From Chiloscyllium plagiosum (lineage: Eukaryota), in assembly GCF_004010195.1 (NCBI RefSeq), contig NC_057719.1, forward strand, positions 1,505,736 through 1,569,735: DNA of 64,000 nucleotides, written 5' to 3'. The first letter of the stretch is position 1. The number at the start of each line of letters is the position of its first letter. The notes below the pieces were generated by a model. That model did not search any database. It was not told where the DNA came from and worked only from the letters and a program-made list of their open reading frames with translations. Made by a program: the position numbers and the translations under genes. Below, piece by piece: positions 26,735 to 38,854 of the stretch.

Positions 26735-26993
26735 TCTGCAGACCAATTCCCCAACCTTATTACTTTACATTCCCCATGACTATGGCACCTAACCCACACA
26801 TCCCTGAATACTATGGGCAACTTAGCATGACCAATTCACCTACCTGCACATCTATGAACTGTGGGAGGAAAGTCACGCAGACACTGGGAGAGTTTGTAAA
26901 CACGACGCAGACAGTTGCCCGAGGCTTGAATTGAACCTGGGTCCCTGGTGGTGTGAGGCAGCAGTGCTAACCACTGAACCATCATGCTGCCCA
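26735..26993 (-). mobile_element. Decayed HE1-type SINE
   Basis: gtgaggcagcagtgctaaccactg head and V-domain remnants. Confidence 0.85.
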
Positions 26994-27402
26994 TTGAAAA
27001 GAGAGTGGCGGTAGGAGAGAGAGAAAAGCTGGATATCTCCCAATTTCACTCAACCTGCTGTTTGACTCTCACCTATATTGTTTGACTTTCCAGATGTGAC
27101 TATTGCAAAACTGGCATGTACAATCATAAATCTCAGCTTTCCCAAGACTGTGCTGTCCGGATCCCATTCCATATTGCTTACCAACCACCCCTGTCCTTAT
27201 TGATCTAAAACAGACCAAACTCAGTGTCACAGAGATATGGCCAGGTGGATTTGGAAACACTTTTCAACAGGAGCAAAAAAACAATGCAACAGCATATGAA
27301 ACAGTAATTGCTGCTCCTGGAATTTGAGGAAATCACCTCCAACACCTAAAATACCTCAAAAAAGCAGCAGCTGTTACAGCCAGAAATTTTTCCCATCCTC
27401 CA

Positions 27403-27866
27403 AGGGTATTGCCAGGGTTGGAGATTTGAGTTATAGGGACAGGTTGAACAGGCTGGTGCTGTTTTCCCTGGAGCATCGGAGGCTGAGGGGTGACCTTAGA
27501 GGTTTACAAAATTATGAGCGGCATGAGTAGGATAAATAGACAAAGTCTTTTCCCTGGGGTGGGGGAGTCCAGAACTAGAGGGCATAGGTTTAGGGTGAGG
27601 GGGGTCAAAATATAACAGAGACGTAAAGGGCAACTTTTTCACGCAGAGGGTGATATGTGTATAAAATGAGCTACCAGAGGAAGTGGTGGAGGCTGGTACA
27701 ATTACAACATTTAAAATATTGGATGGGTATATGAATAGGAAGGGTTTGGAGGGAAATGGGCCAGGTGCTGGCAGGTGGGACTAGATTGGGTTGGGATATC
27801 TGGTCGGCATGGACTAGTTGGACCGAAGGATCTGTTTGCGTGCTGTACATCTCTATGACTCTGACT
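27403..27866 (+). mobile_element. CR1 3' end
   Basis: LSYRDRLNRLVLFSLEHRRLRGDL and 3' UTR. Confidence 0.9.
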
Positions 27867-28316
27867 CGAGGAGCAGACCTTGTCCTTATAAGGGTATGGG
27901 GATCAGGTGTGAGAGACCCAGCATGTCTGAGGGTGTGCACAAGTTTGTGTGCACACACACATACCAGTATTTCAGCTACAGTCAATGGTTAAGTCCCAAT
28001 TCTGCATCTAGCAAATCTGCCACTCCTAGCACTAAGTGACACAAGTCTTTTTAGAATTTTGACTTTTATTCTAGCTTATTACCTTTTCCGTACATCTCTA
28101 TGACTCTGACTCGAGGAGCAGACCTTGTCCTTATACTGGTATGGGGATCAGGTGTGAGAGACCCAGCAAGTTTGTGTGCACACACACATACCAGTATTTC
28201 AGCTATAGTCAATGGTTAAGTCCCAATTCTGCATCTAGCAAATCTGCCACTCCTAGCACTAAGTGACACAAGTCTTTTTAGAATTTTGACTTTTATTCTA
28301 GCTTATTACCTTTTCC
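27845..28316 (+). repeat. Direct tandem duplication (27845-28089 / 28090-28316)
   Basis: Near-identical copies; the second has a deletion of about 18 bp. Confidence 0.95.
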
Positions 28317-29334
28317 CAACTATACAAATATGTTCAAACTTTACACCACGCTTTTAATCATGACTTCTTAATCTTTCTGTAGCCACTCTATGAAGTGCTT
28401 TGGGACAATTTGCAATGCTAATAGCTGGTATTCAAACGCTAGTTCTATAGATATTTAAATCATTCCCGGGTTAGGGAGTTCAATCCCCCCCCCCCAAAAT
28501 CAACCAGCAAGAGTTTCTGGTATAATTGGGACAGATTAAATTGTTGGGAATGGCAGAAGCTAACATAAGCAGCTTCCAAATTTCTATATTTTTCTTGGAG
28601 AGGTAATCTGGATTGAGAAATAGAGATTTATTGGAGGGACACTCATGGGTGTGGTTCTTGTCATTCATTGGAGCTCATCCAAATAGAATAAAGCAACACA
28701 GTGTATTTCTCACCTCCGAGCAACTCCCCTTGTATACTGTACCAGGCATCACAACCACACTATAACAAAGAGATATCTCTTTAGAGTGACTATTGTGGCT
28801 GCTAACTAGGCCAATAACAAAATCCACCCAATGTCCGAAAGCAGATAAACCAAATCACAATGAACTTTCCAGCATTTTGTGTGTTCCCTTAGATGCTTGT
28901 AAAGCAGACGCCTCCCAGTATCTGACAATAAAATTTGTACGTCCATATAAACAGGACACTCCCGTACACTCCAAGTCTCTGCTGAATAAGGTTGCCGAGA
29001 TAAGGATGACTTTAGAAGGAGCCACGTTGTTCGAGCCAGAGGGGTGAAATTAGGTGAGGGAGGATATAGTTGTAAGGCCAGTACAACCTAACTGTTATGC
29101 TTACATCACTATCTCGGCTCAATTTTAAAACAGTTTGTTGTTGAGGAACCAGAGGGGGTCACTGGTATTAGCCAGACCATAAGGATGCAGGATCATCAGA
29201 GAGAAAACTGACGGGGAAAGGAATAATGAACTCAATGAAAGAACTGAGAACAGAAAAGACCTGCATTCACATGGCATTTGTAATATCCACTGGCTGTTTC
29301 AATGCAGTCACTGTTGTGGTATGGAAAATACTAC

Positions 29335-30420
29335 AGCTATAGGAAGGATGTTGTGAAACTCGAAAGGGTTTTGAAAAGATTTACAAGGATGTTGCAAGGG
29401 TTGGAGGGTTTGAGCCATAGGGAGAGGTTGAACAGGCTGGGGCTGTTTTCTGTGGAGCATCAGAGGCTGAGGGGTGACCTTATAGAGGTTTAGAAAATCA
29501 TGAGGACATGGATAGGATAAATAGACAAGTTCTTTTCCCTGCGGTTGGGGAGTCCCAAACTAGAGAGCATGAGTTTAGGGTGAGAGAGAAAAAAATTTAA
29601 AAGAGACCAAAGGGCAACTTTTTCACGCAGAGGGTGGTGCGTGTATGGAATGAGCTGCTAGAGGAAGTGGTGGAGGCTGGTACAATTACGATATTTAAAA
29701 GGCATCTAGATGAGTATCTGAATAGGAAGGGTTTAGAGTGATATTGGCTGAGTGCTGGCAAATGGGACTAGATTGGGTTGAGATGTCTGATCGGCATGAT
29801 CGGGTTGGACCAAAGAGTCTTGTTTCTTTGCTGTACATCGCTGTGACTCGGATGAGGAAGTGGAAGGGTGACATGAAGGATGGTGGAGTTGTGGATACTG
29901 TGGAGAGCTGTTGTAGGTTGCAGGAGGGCATTGACAAGATGCAGAGCGGGGCTGATAAGTGGCAGGTGAAGTAACAGTGTGAAGTGATTCATTTTGGAAG
30001 GTCGAATCTGAATGCAGGTTATAGGGTAAAAGGCAGAATTCTTGGCTGTGTGCAGGAACAGAGGGTTCTTGGGGTCTGTGTCCATAGATCCCTCAAAGTT
30101 GCCACCCAAGTTGATAGGGTTGTTAAGAAGGGGTATGGTGTATTGGTTTTCATTAGGAGGGGGATTGAATTTAAGAGCTGTGAGGTTATAAAGCCTTAGT
30201 TAAACCACACTTGGAATATTGTGTTCAGTTCTGCTTGCCTCATTGTAGGGAGGATGTGGAAGCTTTAGAGAGTGCAGAGGAGACTCTTGGATAGACACAT
30301 GGGTGATAGTAAAATGAAGGGTATGGTAGGTTATTTTGATCTTAGAGTAGGATACAAGGTCGGCACAACAGCGAGGGCCAAAGGGCCTGTACTGTGCTGT
30401 AGTGTCCTATGTTCTATGAC
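29335..30420 (+). mobile_element. Two adjacent CR1 3' fragments (29335-29850, about 29870-30420)
   Basis: KDVVKLERVLKRFTRML; HFGRSNL...LKVATQVDRVVKK; two separate 3' tails. Confidence 0.88.
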
Positions 30421-30734
30421 AGCATTGGTGGTCTTTGAGTGAGGAATGAGGCATACATGATCAAACAGCCTGTGAACACTATGTTCTGTTTTCTGTGTTT
30501 TGTGTTGCACACCAGATTGTGTATACTTTCATGTTCACTAAAGCTTATCACCCCCTCTACTTTGATTTCTACCTATGTGTACAAATTCCTCCTTTTAACA
30601 CTGCGTACAACGACAGCACTATAAAATGTTGCATTGTATTCTTGTCAAGTTGTGATGAATGTGTGTTCTCCGTGTTCAGTGCCTTCCTGTCTTCCTTTTT
30701 GACCATATTACAAGGCTGTTGTTCTTTCCTGTTC

Positions 30735-30900
30735 TCCTGTTGGGCAGCACTCTTGCATGAGTCAAAAGGTTCAGGTTTCAAAATCCACTCTGCAGTCTGA
30801 GCTCTAAAATCAATGCAGATACCCTCCGTACAATGTTTAGGGAGAGCTACACTGTGGGAAATACCACTTCTTCGATGAAACATTGAGGCCGAGGCCCTTT
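30735..30900 (+). mobile_element. Ancient Deu-domain-type SINE 5' relic
   Basis: gttgggcagcactcttgc...gagtcaaaaggtt...tcgatgaaacattgaggccgaggcc. Confidence 0.5.
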
Positions 30901-31279
30901 TAGTCCAACCTTATGGCATGATTTTAAAGACTGGGCAGGGAATTGTCCTTATGTGTTGGAGAAAGTCAGCAGATCTGTAAAAAGAGCAAAACAGTGTGAA
31001 CTTTTCAAGTTCAGCGTGACCCCTCTTTGGAACAGATTTCATATCTGCGCCATTTTCAGTGTTTTGCCTTATTTTAAGCAAATCCATGGTGTCCTGACTG
31101 ATGGTTTCCCTTGATGAATGTTTACAGGATATTGCTGAGGTCACTTGTAGAAACTTGTGTACAATTCTGGTCATTTCTGTCAGAAAGATGTTGTTAAATT
31201 TGAGAGGGTGGGGAAAAGATTTACAAGGAATTTGCTGGAATTGTAGGGCTTGCGTTATAGGAGAGGCTGAATAAACCTC

Positions 31280-32580
31280 TGCCTTCTGCAACTGGATCCT
31301 CAGCTTTCTGACCCACAGACCACAATCAGTGAAGATAGGTCACTGCACCTGCTCCACAATAACGCTGGACACTGGAGCCCCCAAGGATGCTTCATCAACC
31401 CCCTACTATACTCCCTGTACACCCAAAACTGTGTTGCCAAATTCCAAATGAACGTCATCTACAGGTTGGCTGACAACATCACTGTAGTGGGATGGATATC
31501 TAACAATGATAGTCAAAATACAGAAGACGACAGAGGGCTTGTTGATGTGCTGCAGTGAGAACAACCTCTCTCACAACGTCAGCAAAACTAAAGAACTCAT
31601 CATTGACTTTGGAAAGAAAGGAGCAGAACACTCTCCCATCTATATCAACAGAGCTGAGGTTGAGAGGGTGGAGAGCATCAAGGTCCTCAGGGTGATGATG
31701 ACCGACAGCCGGCCTGGGACTTCCCACGTAGATGCTATGGTCAAAAAGATGCAACAACGCTGCTTCTTCCTCAGGTAGTTCAGGAAATTTGGCATATCCA
31801 TAAGAAACCTTAGCAACTTCTACAGATGTACCATTGAGAGCATACTGCCAGGATGCATAATAGCCTGGTGTCTGGATTAGTGGTGCTGGAAGAGCACAGC
31901 AGTTCAGGCGGCATCCAAGGAGCTTCAAAATCGACATTTTGGGCAAAAGCCCTTCATCAGGAATGATGAAGGGCTTTTGCCCGAAATGTCGATTTCGAAG
32001 CTCCTTGGATGCCGCCTGAACTGCTGTGCTCTTCCAGCACCACTAATCCAGAATCTGGTTTCCAGCATCTGATGTCATTGTTTTTACCTAATAGCCTGGT
32101 GTGGCAACTGCTCTGCCCAGGACCATACGAAACTACAGAAGGTGGTGGACAAGGTCCAGACCATCACGGAAGCCAACCTTCTATCCAAGGGCACCATTTA
32201 CATGATTCGTGGCAGCAAAAAAGCTGCTAACATCATCAATGATCCTTCGCACCCTGGTAATGATTTCATTACATTTACATTTTACATTACATTACAGTGT
32301 GGAAACCTCTCCAATCAAGCAGAAGATACAGAAACCTGAACACGCAGCAGCAGGTTCAGGAACAGCTTCTTCCCGGCCGATGAATGGACTCCCCAGCCAC
32401 AAGTAATACTGGTCTTGTTAACGCTGATCTTGCCAAGCACACGCCCTATACAATGTAACATGTGTGCCTCCAGGTCTTTTAGATCTGTACACATTTGCTA
32501 ACTATAATCTGCTTGTACTGCTTATAAACAAAGTTTTTCACTGTGCTTCAGTCCATGTGACAATAAATAAATCAATCAAA
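31280..32580 (+). mobile_element. Rex1/Babar-type LINE, RT region to 3' end (decayed)
   Basis: ctgcaactggatcctcagctttctgacc (CNWILSFLT); NLSHNVSKTKELIIDFGK...VERVESIK; tail gacaataaataaatcaatcaa. Confidence 0.85.
31872..32088. mobile_element. PLE-derived hairpin mini-element (family B)
   Basis: Two divergent hammerhead-bearing arms. Perfect TSD taatagcctggtgt at 31858-31871 and 32089-32102. Confidence 0.92.
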
Positions 32581-32877
32581 GGGCATTTTGTGCATGGGTA
32601 GAAAGGGTTTAGAGGGACATGGGCCAAGTGTGGGCATATGGGACTATGTCAGATTGGGACATCTGGCTGGTATGGATGAGTTGGACCAAAGAGTCTGTTT
32701 CTGTGCTGTGTGATTCCATAACACTAAAAGTGCATTATGGTAATTGTAAATTGTTGATTTTGGGAGCTTGCTGTGTCCAAATTAGAGTCATAGAGCTGAG
32801 CTTCGGAGGGTCAGTGTGACTTGTGGAGCCAAATGGCTCGTTTCCAAGCTGTAGGGATTCAATGATTTTATTCTCTT

Positions 32878-33110
32878 TGTCTCTCTGTCTCTGTCTCTCT
32901 CTCTCTCTCTCTNNNNNNNNNNNNNNNNNNNNNNNNNNNNNNNNNNNNNNNNNNNNNNNNNNNNNNNNNNNNNNNNNNNNNNNNNNNNNNNNNNNNNNNN
33001 NNNNNNNNNNNNNNNNNNNNNNNNNNNNNNNNNTCCCTTTCCCTCTCCCACCTCATTTTCTGCCTTCCTCTTCCTCCCCCTCTTGTCTCATTGTCTCTCT
33101 CTCTCTCTCC
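32878..33110. repeat. (CT)n microsatellite spanning an assembly gap (N 32913-33033)
   Basis: Seen directly in the sequence. Confidence 0.9.
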
Positions 33111-33477
33111 CCCACACCCCCTCTGCTCTAACAAAAGCAGCCTTTTCTCATTCTGTAGAATGCATTTGATTCACCATTAATTGTTATTTACTGGAAGAGT
33201 ATTCCAAGTATGCAGTGCTGCTTTGACAATGGGCCAGTATTATGCAGACATTTGTGCCCATCAAATCATTAGCATCTCTGTTCACCCTTGTGTTGGCAGA
33301 ACAATGGTATCGACTACTCACTTGAATGTGAATAGAGTGGTTCATGTACAGCCATTATGAAACCATTGTGCTACAGGAAGGAATACTCACCTCAAAGTAT
33401 GAATTTTTAAGCATGTTTGTGATTTAACGTCTCCTCAGTGCAAGGGTACTTAAGTTCTATTCACTTGTACATTTATA

Positions 33478-33612
33478 ATCATGATTTGGAGATGCCGGTG
33501 TTGGACTGGGCTGTACAAAGTCAAAAATCACACAACACCAGGTTATAGTTCAACATGTTTAATTGGAAGCACACTAGCTTTCGGAGCGATGCTCCTTCAT
33601 CAGGTGATAGTG
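33478..33612 (-). mobile_element. PLE terminus (family D) with intact hammerhead motif
   Basis: Minus strand: cac-CTGATGA-a-GGAGC-atc-GCTCC-GAAA-GCTA-gtg. Confidence 0.85.
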
Positions 33613-33620
33613 GAGGGCTG

Positions 33621-33880
33621 GAATTATGTTGGAACAGGAATACTGGCATGTACTTACTGAGTTGAGAAGTGTGCTGCTGGAAAAGCACAGCCGGTCAGGC
33701 AGCATCCGAGGAATAGGAGAATCGATGTTTCAAGCATAGACTCTTCATCCTAATGAAGGGCTCATGCTCGAAACGTTGACTGTCCTGCTCGTCAGATACT
33801 GCCTGACCGGCTGTGCTTTTCCAGCACCACACTTCTCAACTCAGTAAGTACATGCCAGTATTCCTGTTCCAACATAATTC
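33621..33880. repeat. 260 bp hairpin: PLE hairpin (33661-33840) plus 40 bp inverted non-PLE arms
   Basis: 33621-33660 is the exact reverse complement of 33841-33880. Confidence 0.9.
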
Positions 33881-34477
33881 TTAGCCCTATCAACATACCC
33901 AACGGAGTCTTAGGTGAGTGACAACATGTGTTCAAACTCCTGCTTAGTCTGTGAACTTCCAGACTTCAAATCTTCTAGGAGCCAGCTTGGGCATTTGGGA
34001 CCTGACAGTCCTGCCTGTGTCTGTACCATTGACTCCTCCCTCTTCCAAACCGGACTATGCTACTGTCTGGTGGTGTTTGATGGAGTAGCTGATTTATCAT
34101 GTCCCCCCACAGATGTAACTCTGCAGTTGATACTTAACCATTTTGCCTTGCCTGTAATTCTCTCCTGAAATCACTCCAAATCTCTTTGTTCCTTTTCAGA
34201 TCTTTGACCAAATACTTTGACTGTTAATCTGATATTAGATTAGATTAGATTCCCTACAGTGTGGAAACTGACCTTCAGTCCAACAAGTCCACACCGACCC
34301 TCCGAATATCTCCTGAGGTGGCTCAACGTGAATTTTTTTCTTAAAAGAAAACCAATAGAAATGCAGATGCTGTAGCTCAGAAACAAAAACAGAAGTTGTT
34401 GGAAAAGCTCAGCAGGTCTGGCAGCATCTGTGAAGAAAAATCAGCATTAACGTTTTGGATCCAGTGACCCTTCCTCA

Positions 34478-34762
34478 GAATCATAGAATCCCTGCAGTGT
34501 GGAAACAGGCAATTCGGCTCTACAACTTCACACCGAACCTCCGAAAAGTAACCCACTCTCCATCTCTATTACTCTATGTTTACCTCTAACTAATCCATCT
34601 GACCTACACATCTTTGAATTGTGGGAGGAAACTGGAGTACCCGGAGGAAACCCACACAGACACTGGGAGAATGTGCATACTCCACACAGACAGTCACCTG
34701 AGGCTGTAATCAAACCTGGATCCTTGACACTGTGAGGCAGCAGTGCCAACCACTGAGCCACC
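34478..34762 (-). mobile_element. HE1-type SINE
   Basis: Collinear with the other copies. Confidence 0.9.
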
Positions 34763-35142
34763 AAAAATGTTGCTTTATATGCACATGGTGGGGGAGGGGC
34801 TAAGGGGTAAACAATAGATGGGGATCGAGCCCAAAGAGAGAAGATCTCCCAGCATCCACATCCAGAAGATCATCAGCTGGCTTATACACCACCTCCAGTG
34901 GGATGCCAACACCAGACACACATTCCCTGCCCATCTCTTGCCCACCTTCCGCAGGGACCGTTCCCTCTGGGACACCCTGGTCCACTCTTCCTTCACTCCC
35001 AACAACCTCCTCCACCCTGCCCCACTGCACATTCCCTTGCATCTGCTGAAGGTGTGTCACCTGTCTGTTTACCACCTCCCTCACCAGTAGCCAAGGGCCC
35101 GAACATACCTTCCAGGTGAAGTAGCACTTTCCACAATCTAGT

Positions 35143-35486
35143 GATTGGACACTCTGGAGGCAGGAAGCATGTTTCTGCTGTTGGATAAGTCCCAAACATG
35201 AGGACACAGTTTAAAATTAAGGGGTAGGCCACTTAGAACAGAGTTGAGGAGAAACTTATTCACTCAGAGAGTGGTGGGTGTGTGGAATGCTCTGCCCCAG
35301 AAGGCTGTGGAGGCCAAATCTCTGGATACTTTCAAGAAAGAGTTGAATAGAGCTCTTAAGGATAGTGGGTCAAGGGTTATGTGGATAAGGCAGGAGCAGG
35401 ATACTGATTGAGGATGATCAGCCATGATCATAATGAATGGTGGTGCTGGCTCAAAGCGCAGAATGGCCTACTCCTGCACCTATTGT
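35143..35486 (+). mobile_element. CR1 3' end inserted in the PLE
   Basis: ttcactcagagagtggtgggtgtgtggaatgctctgcc; tctagt on both sides. Confidence 0.85.
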
Positions 35487-35941
35487 CTAGTCCACTGCAT
35501 TCATTGCTCTAAATGTGGCTTCTCTAAGTTGGGGAAGTGAAGCATAGACTAGGTGACTGCTTTGCAGAACATCTACAGTCTGCCCACAAAAAAGACCCTG
35601 AGCTTCCAGTTGCCTGCCACTTCAACACCCCACCCTGTTCCCTGGCCAACATCTCTGCCTGAGGTTTGTGGTAGTGTTCCTGTAAAGCCTTGCACAAGCT
35701 GGAAGAACAGCACTTCATTTTCCACTTGGGGACTTTGCAGCCGTGCACGCTCATATCAAGTTCAATAATTTTAGGGTCTGAACACTCACATGTCCTAGCC
35801 CCCTACTCCACACACTAGCTCTCGTTATCATATAGCCTGCCATTGCACACGACCTATTGTCAGCCACTGACAGTCTTCATTAACAGCTATTCACTCTCCC
35901 AGCCAGATCGTTATCCACTCCTTTGTCTGTCCAACTGCTCT

Positions 35942-36885
35942 TAGAGTCATAGGGATGTACAGCATGGAAACAGACCCTTCGGTCCAACCTGTCCATGCTG
36001 ACCAGATATCAAACCAATCTAGTCCGACCTGTCAGCACCCGGCCCATATCCCTCCAAACCATTCCTATTCATATACCCATCCAAATGCCTCTTAAATGTT
36101 GCAATTGTACCACCCTCCACCACATCCTCTGGCAGCTTATTCCATACACGTACCACACTCTGCATGAAAAGGTTGCCCCGTAGGTCTCTTTTATATCTTT
36201 CCCCTCTCACCCTAAACCTCTGCCCTCTACCTCTGCACTCCCCGACCCCAGGGAAAAGACTTTGTCTATTTATCCTATCCATGCCCCTCATAATTTTGTA
36301 AACCTCTATAAGGTCACCNNNNNNNNNNNNNNNNNNNNNNNNNNNNNNNNNNNNNNNNNNNNNNNNNNNNNNNNNNNNNNNNNNNNNNNNNNNNNNNNNN
36401 NNNNNNNNNNNNNNNNNNNNNNNNNNNNNNNNNNNNNNNNNNNNNNNNNNNNNNNNNNNNNNNNNNNNNNNNNNNNNNNNNNNNNNNNNNNNNNNNNNNN
36501 NNNNNNNNNNNNNNNNNNNNNNNNNNNNNNNNNNNNNNNNNNNNNNNNNNNNNNNNNNNNNNNNNNNNNNNNNNNNNNNNNNNNNNNNNNNNNNNNNNNN
36601 NNNNNNNNNNNNNNNNNNNNNNNNNNNNNNNNNNNNNNNNNNNNNNNNNNNNNNNNNNNNNNNNNNNNNNNNNNNNNNNNNNNNNNNNNNNNNNNNNNNN
36701 NNNNNNNNNNNNNNNNNNNNNNNNNNNNNNNNNNNNNNNNNNNNCTGAAAAACAACCCTCCACCACCACCCTCTGTCTTCTACCTTTGAGCCAGTTCTGT
36801 ATCTAAATGGTTAGTTCTCCCTGTATTCCATGAGATCTAACCTTGCTAATCAGTCTCCCATGGGGAACCTTGTTGAACGCCTTAC
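35942..36885 (-). mobile_element. CR1 LINE spanning an assembly gap (N 36319-36744)
   Basis: MRGMDRINRQSLFPGVGE...VWNKLPE; the RT region continues after the gap. Confidence 0.85.
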
Positions 36886-37400
36886 TCTTCTCTCTCTTTG
36901 GGCTTTATCTCCACTTATTGGTTACTCCTTACCCCCTCCACTAACCTCATCTTCTGCATGTAAACTGACATTTTTCTAGCTGCCATCAGTTCTGAGGAAG
37001 GGTCACCGGACCAAAAATGTTAACACTGATTTTTCTTCACAGATGCTGCCAAACCTGCTGAGGTTTTCCAGCAATTTCTGCTTTTGTTCCTGATTAAATT
37101 TTTCTTGGTGCTCTTGTAAAATTTCTTGAGATATTTCACTACATTAAATGCAATTTAGAAAGAAAGTAATTTCCGTATTCAGTCCTCAATGACTGTGTAA
37201 GTATATATTTCACAAGACCCCTCCAACCCCAATAATACTCTCTTCTGTCCTCTTGTCGCTCACACCCTCGCTCCCCACCTTCTCTGCAGCTGTAACACTG
37301 TATTCTGTACTCTCTTCTACTACTCTGATACACTCTGTATGGTACCATACCAAGTGTATGTATCTTGGTACATGTGACAACAGTAAATCAACAACTAACA

Positions 37401-37560
37401 CAGGACAACCTTGATTATCTAAACGACATGGGCGGGGAGTATTTTGTTCAGATAATTGAATGTTTAGATAATCAGTTTACCCAAGCATCGAAACCTTGAA
37501 ATCTTTTTCAGATAATCTGAAATTCAGATAATTGATGTTCGGATGATCAAGGTCGTACTG
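37401..37560. mobile_element. Tigger/pogo-like MITE
   Basis: 24 bp imperfect TIRs caggacaaccttgattatctaaac / gttcggatgatcaaggtcgtactg, TA on the right flank, internal agataat repeats. Confidence 0.7.
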
Positions 37561-37609
37561 TACTGTGTTATTTTATCTTTGGTAGCAGTAAATAGCACTA
37601 TTCTTATTA

Positions 37610-37900
37610 TTTTATCCGTTCATGGGACGTGGGTGTCGCTGGCTAGGCCAGTATTTGTTGCCCATTCCTAATTAGTCAGAGGGCATTGTAAGAGTCAACC
37701 ACATTGCTGAGAGCCTGGAGTCACATGTAGGCCAGACCAGGTAAGGAGATTAGATTTTCTTTTTTAAAGGACATCAGTTAACCAGATGGGTTTTTAGAAT
37801 AATCCACACTGGTTACATGGTTCCTCTTAAGTTAGTTTTTATTCCAGGTTTTTTTTAAATTCAGTTTCCCATTGCCTGCTGTAGTGGATTTGAATCCAGG
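37610..37900 (-). mobile_element. SINE of the 10913 family
   Basis: ttcatgggacgtgggtgtcgctggctaggcc...ggagtcacatgtaggccagacc...ggatttgaatcc. Confidence 0.75.
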
Positions 37901-37912
37901 CCTGCTGAACAT

Positions 37913-38037
37913 CGAGGAAGGGTCATTGAACCAAAAACACTAACTCTGATTTTTCTCAGCCAGACCTGCTGAGCTTTTCCAGCAAGTTTTGTTACTGTTT
38001 CTGATTTACAGCATCTGCAGTGCTTTTGTTTTATTTT
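37913..38037 (+). mobile_element. PLE terminus mini-insertion (family C)
   Basis: Starts gaggaagggtca. TSD ctgc(t/a)gaacat at 37902-37912 and 38038-38048. Confidence 0.85.
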
Positions 38038-38059
38038 CTGCAGAACATTACCTAGGTTT

Positions 38060-38520
38060 AGAGTCAGAGAGATGTGCAGTACAGAAACTGACCCTTTGGC
38101 CCAACTCATCCATGCCGACCAGATATCCAAAATTAATTTAGTCCCATTTGTCAGCAGTTGCCCTTATCCCTCCAAACACCTCCTACTTCATGTACCCATC
38201 CAGATGCCTTTTAAATGTTGTAATTGTACCAGCCTCCTCCACTTTTTCTGGCAGCTCATTCCATATACACACTGCCCACTGCATGAAAAGATTGCCCCTC
38301 AGGTCCCTTTTAAATCTTTCCCCTCAAACCTTAAACCTATGCCCTCTTGTTTCAGATTCCCCCACCTTGGCTAGTCACCCTATTCATGCTGCTCGTTATT
38401 TTGTAAAGATCTATAAGGTCATTCCTCAACCTCTGATGGTCCAGGAAGAAAAGGTCCAATCTATTCAGCCTATCCCTGTAGCTCAAACCTTCCAATCCTT
38501 CAGCATCCTTGTAAATCTCC
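38060..38520 (-). mobile_element. CR1 3' end
   Basis: Reverse complement of the CR1 3' ORF2 and UTR. Confidence 0.85.
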
Positions 38521-38854
38521 TGGATGAATAGTTTAGCAATAATACTAGGAGGCCATCTGACTCAGGTTGGAACCTAGACACAATGACAAGTACATAAACA
38601 ATTAACTACAAGGTGCACGATTCTCGATATACCTGCCCCTTCTATCCCACTATGAGGGGACGAACAAATGTTCACTGTTCATATTCTCTGTTCTTTCGAG
38701 GCATCTGGATATGCAGTGTTGCTAGTGGGTTGTTTTCATATATCTGACAGCATATGAAGACTGGAAGTGCTTTGAGAAAAGGAGATTCTGATAAACGAAT
38801 GTTCTCTCTACCACCACAAAGGTCAAAATCAGTAGGAATTACCATCACCTGCAT

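Larger units (their letters stand above)
34343..37095 (+). mobile_element. Penelope-like element (family C) with inverted 5' terminus, GIY-YIG region and 3' terminus; contains nested HE1 and CR1
   Basis: Inverted terminus 34343-34840 mirrors 36887-37095. The endonuclease region near 35490-35575 reads VHCIHCSKCG then, after a frameshift, GEVKHRLGDCFAEH. Flanks aattttt(tt)ctt. Confidence 0.8.

Noticed and set aside
36262..36789. Long ORFs across N runs (also 32788-33134)
   Set aside because: Artefacts of assembly gaps.
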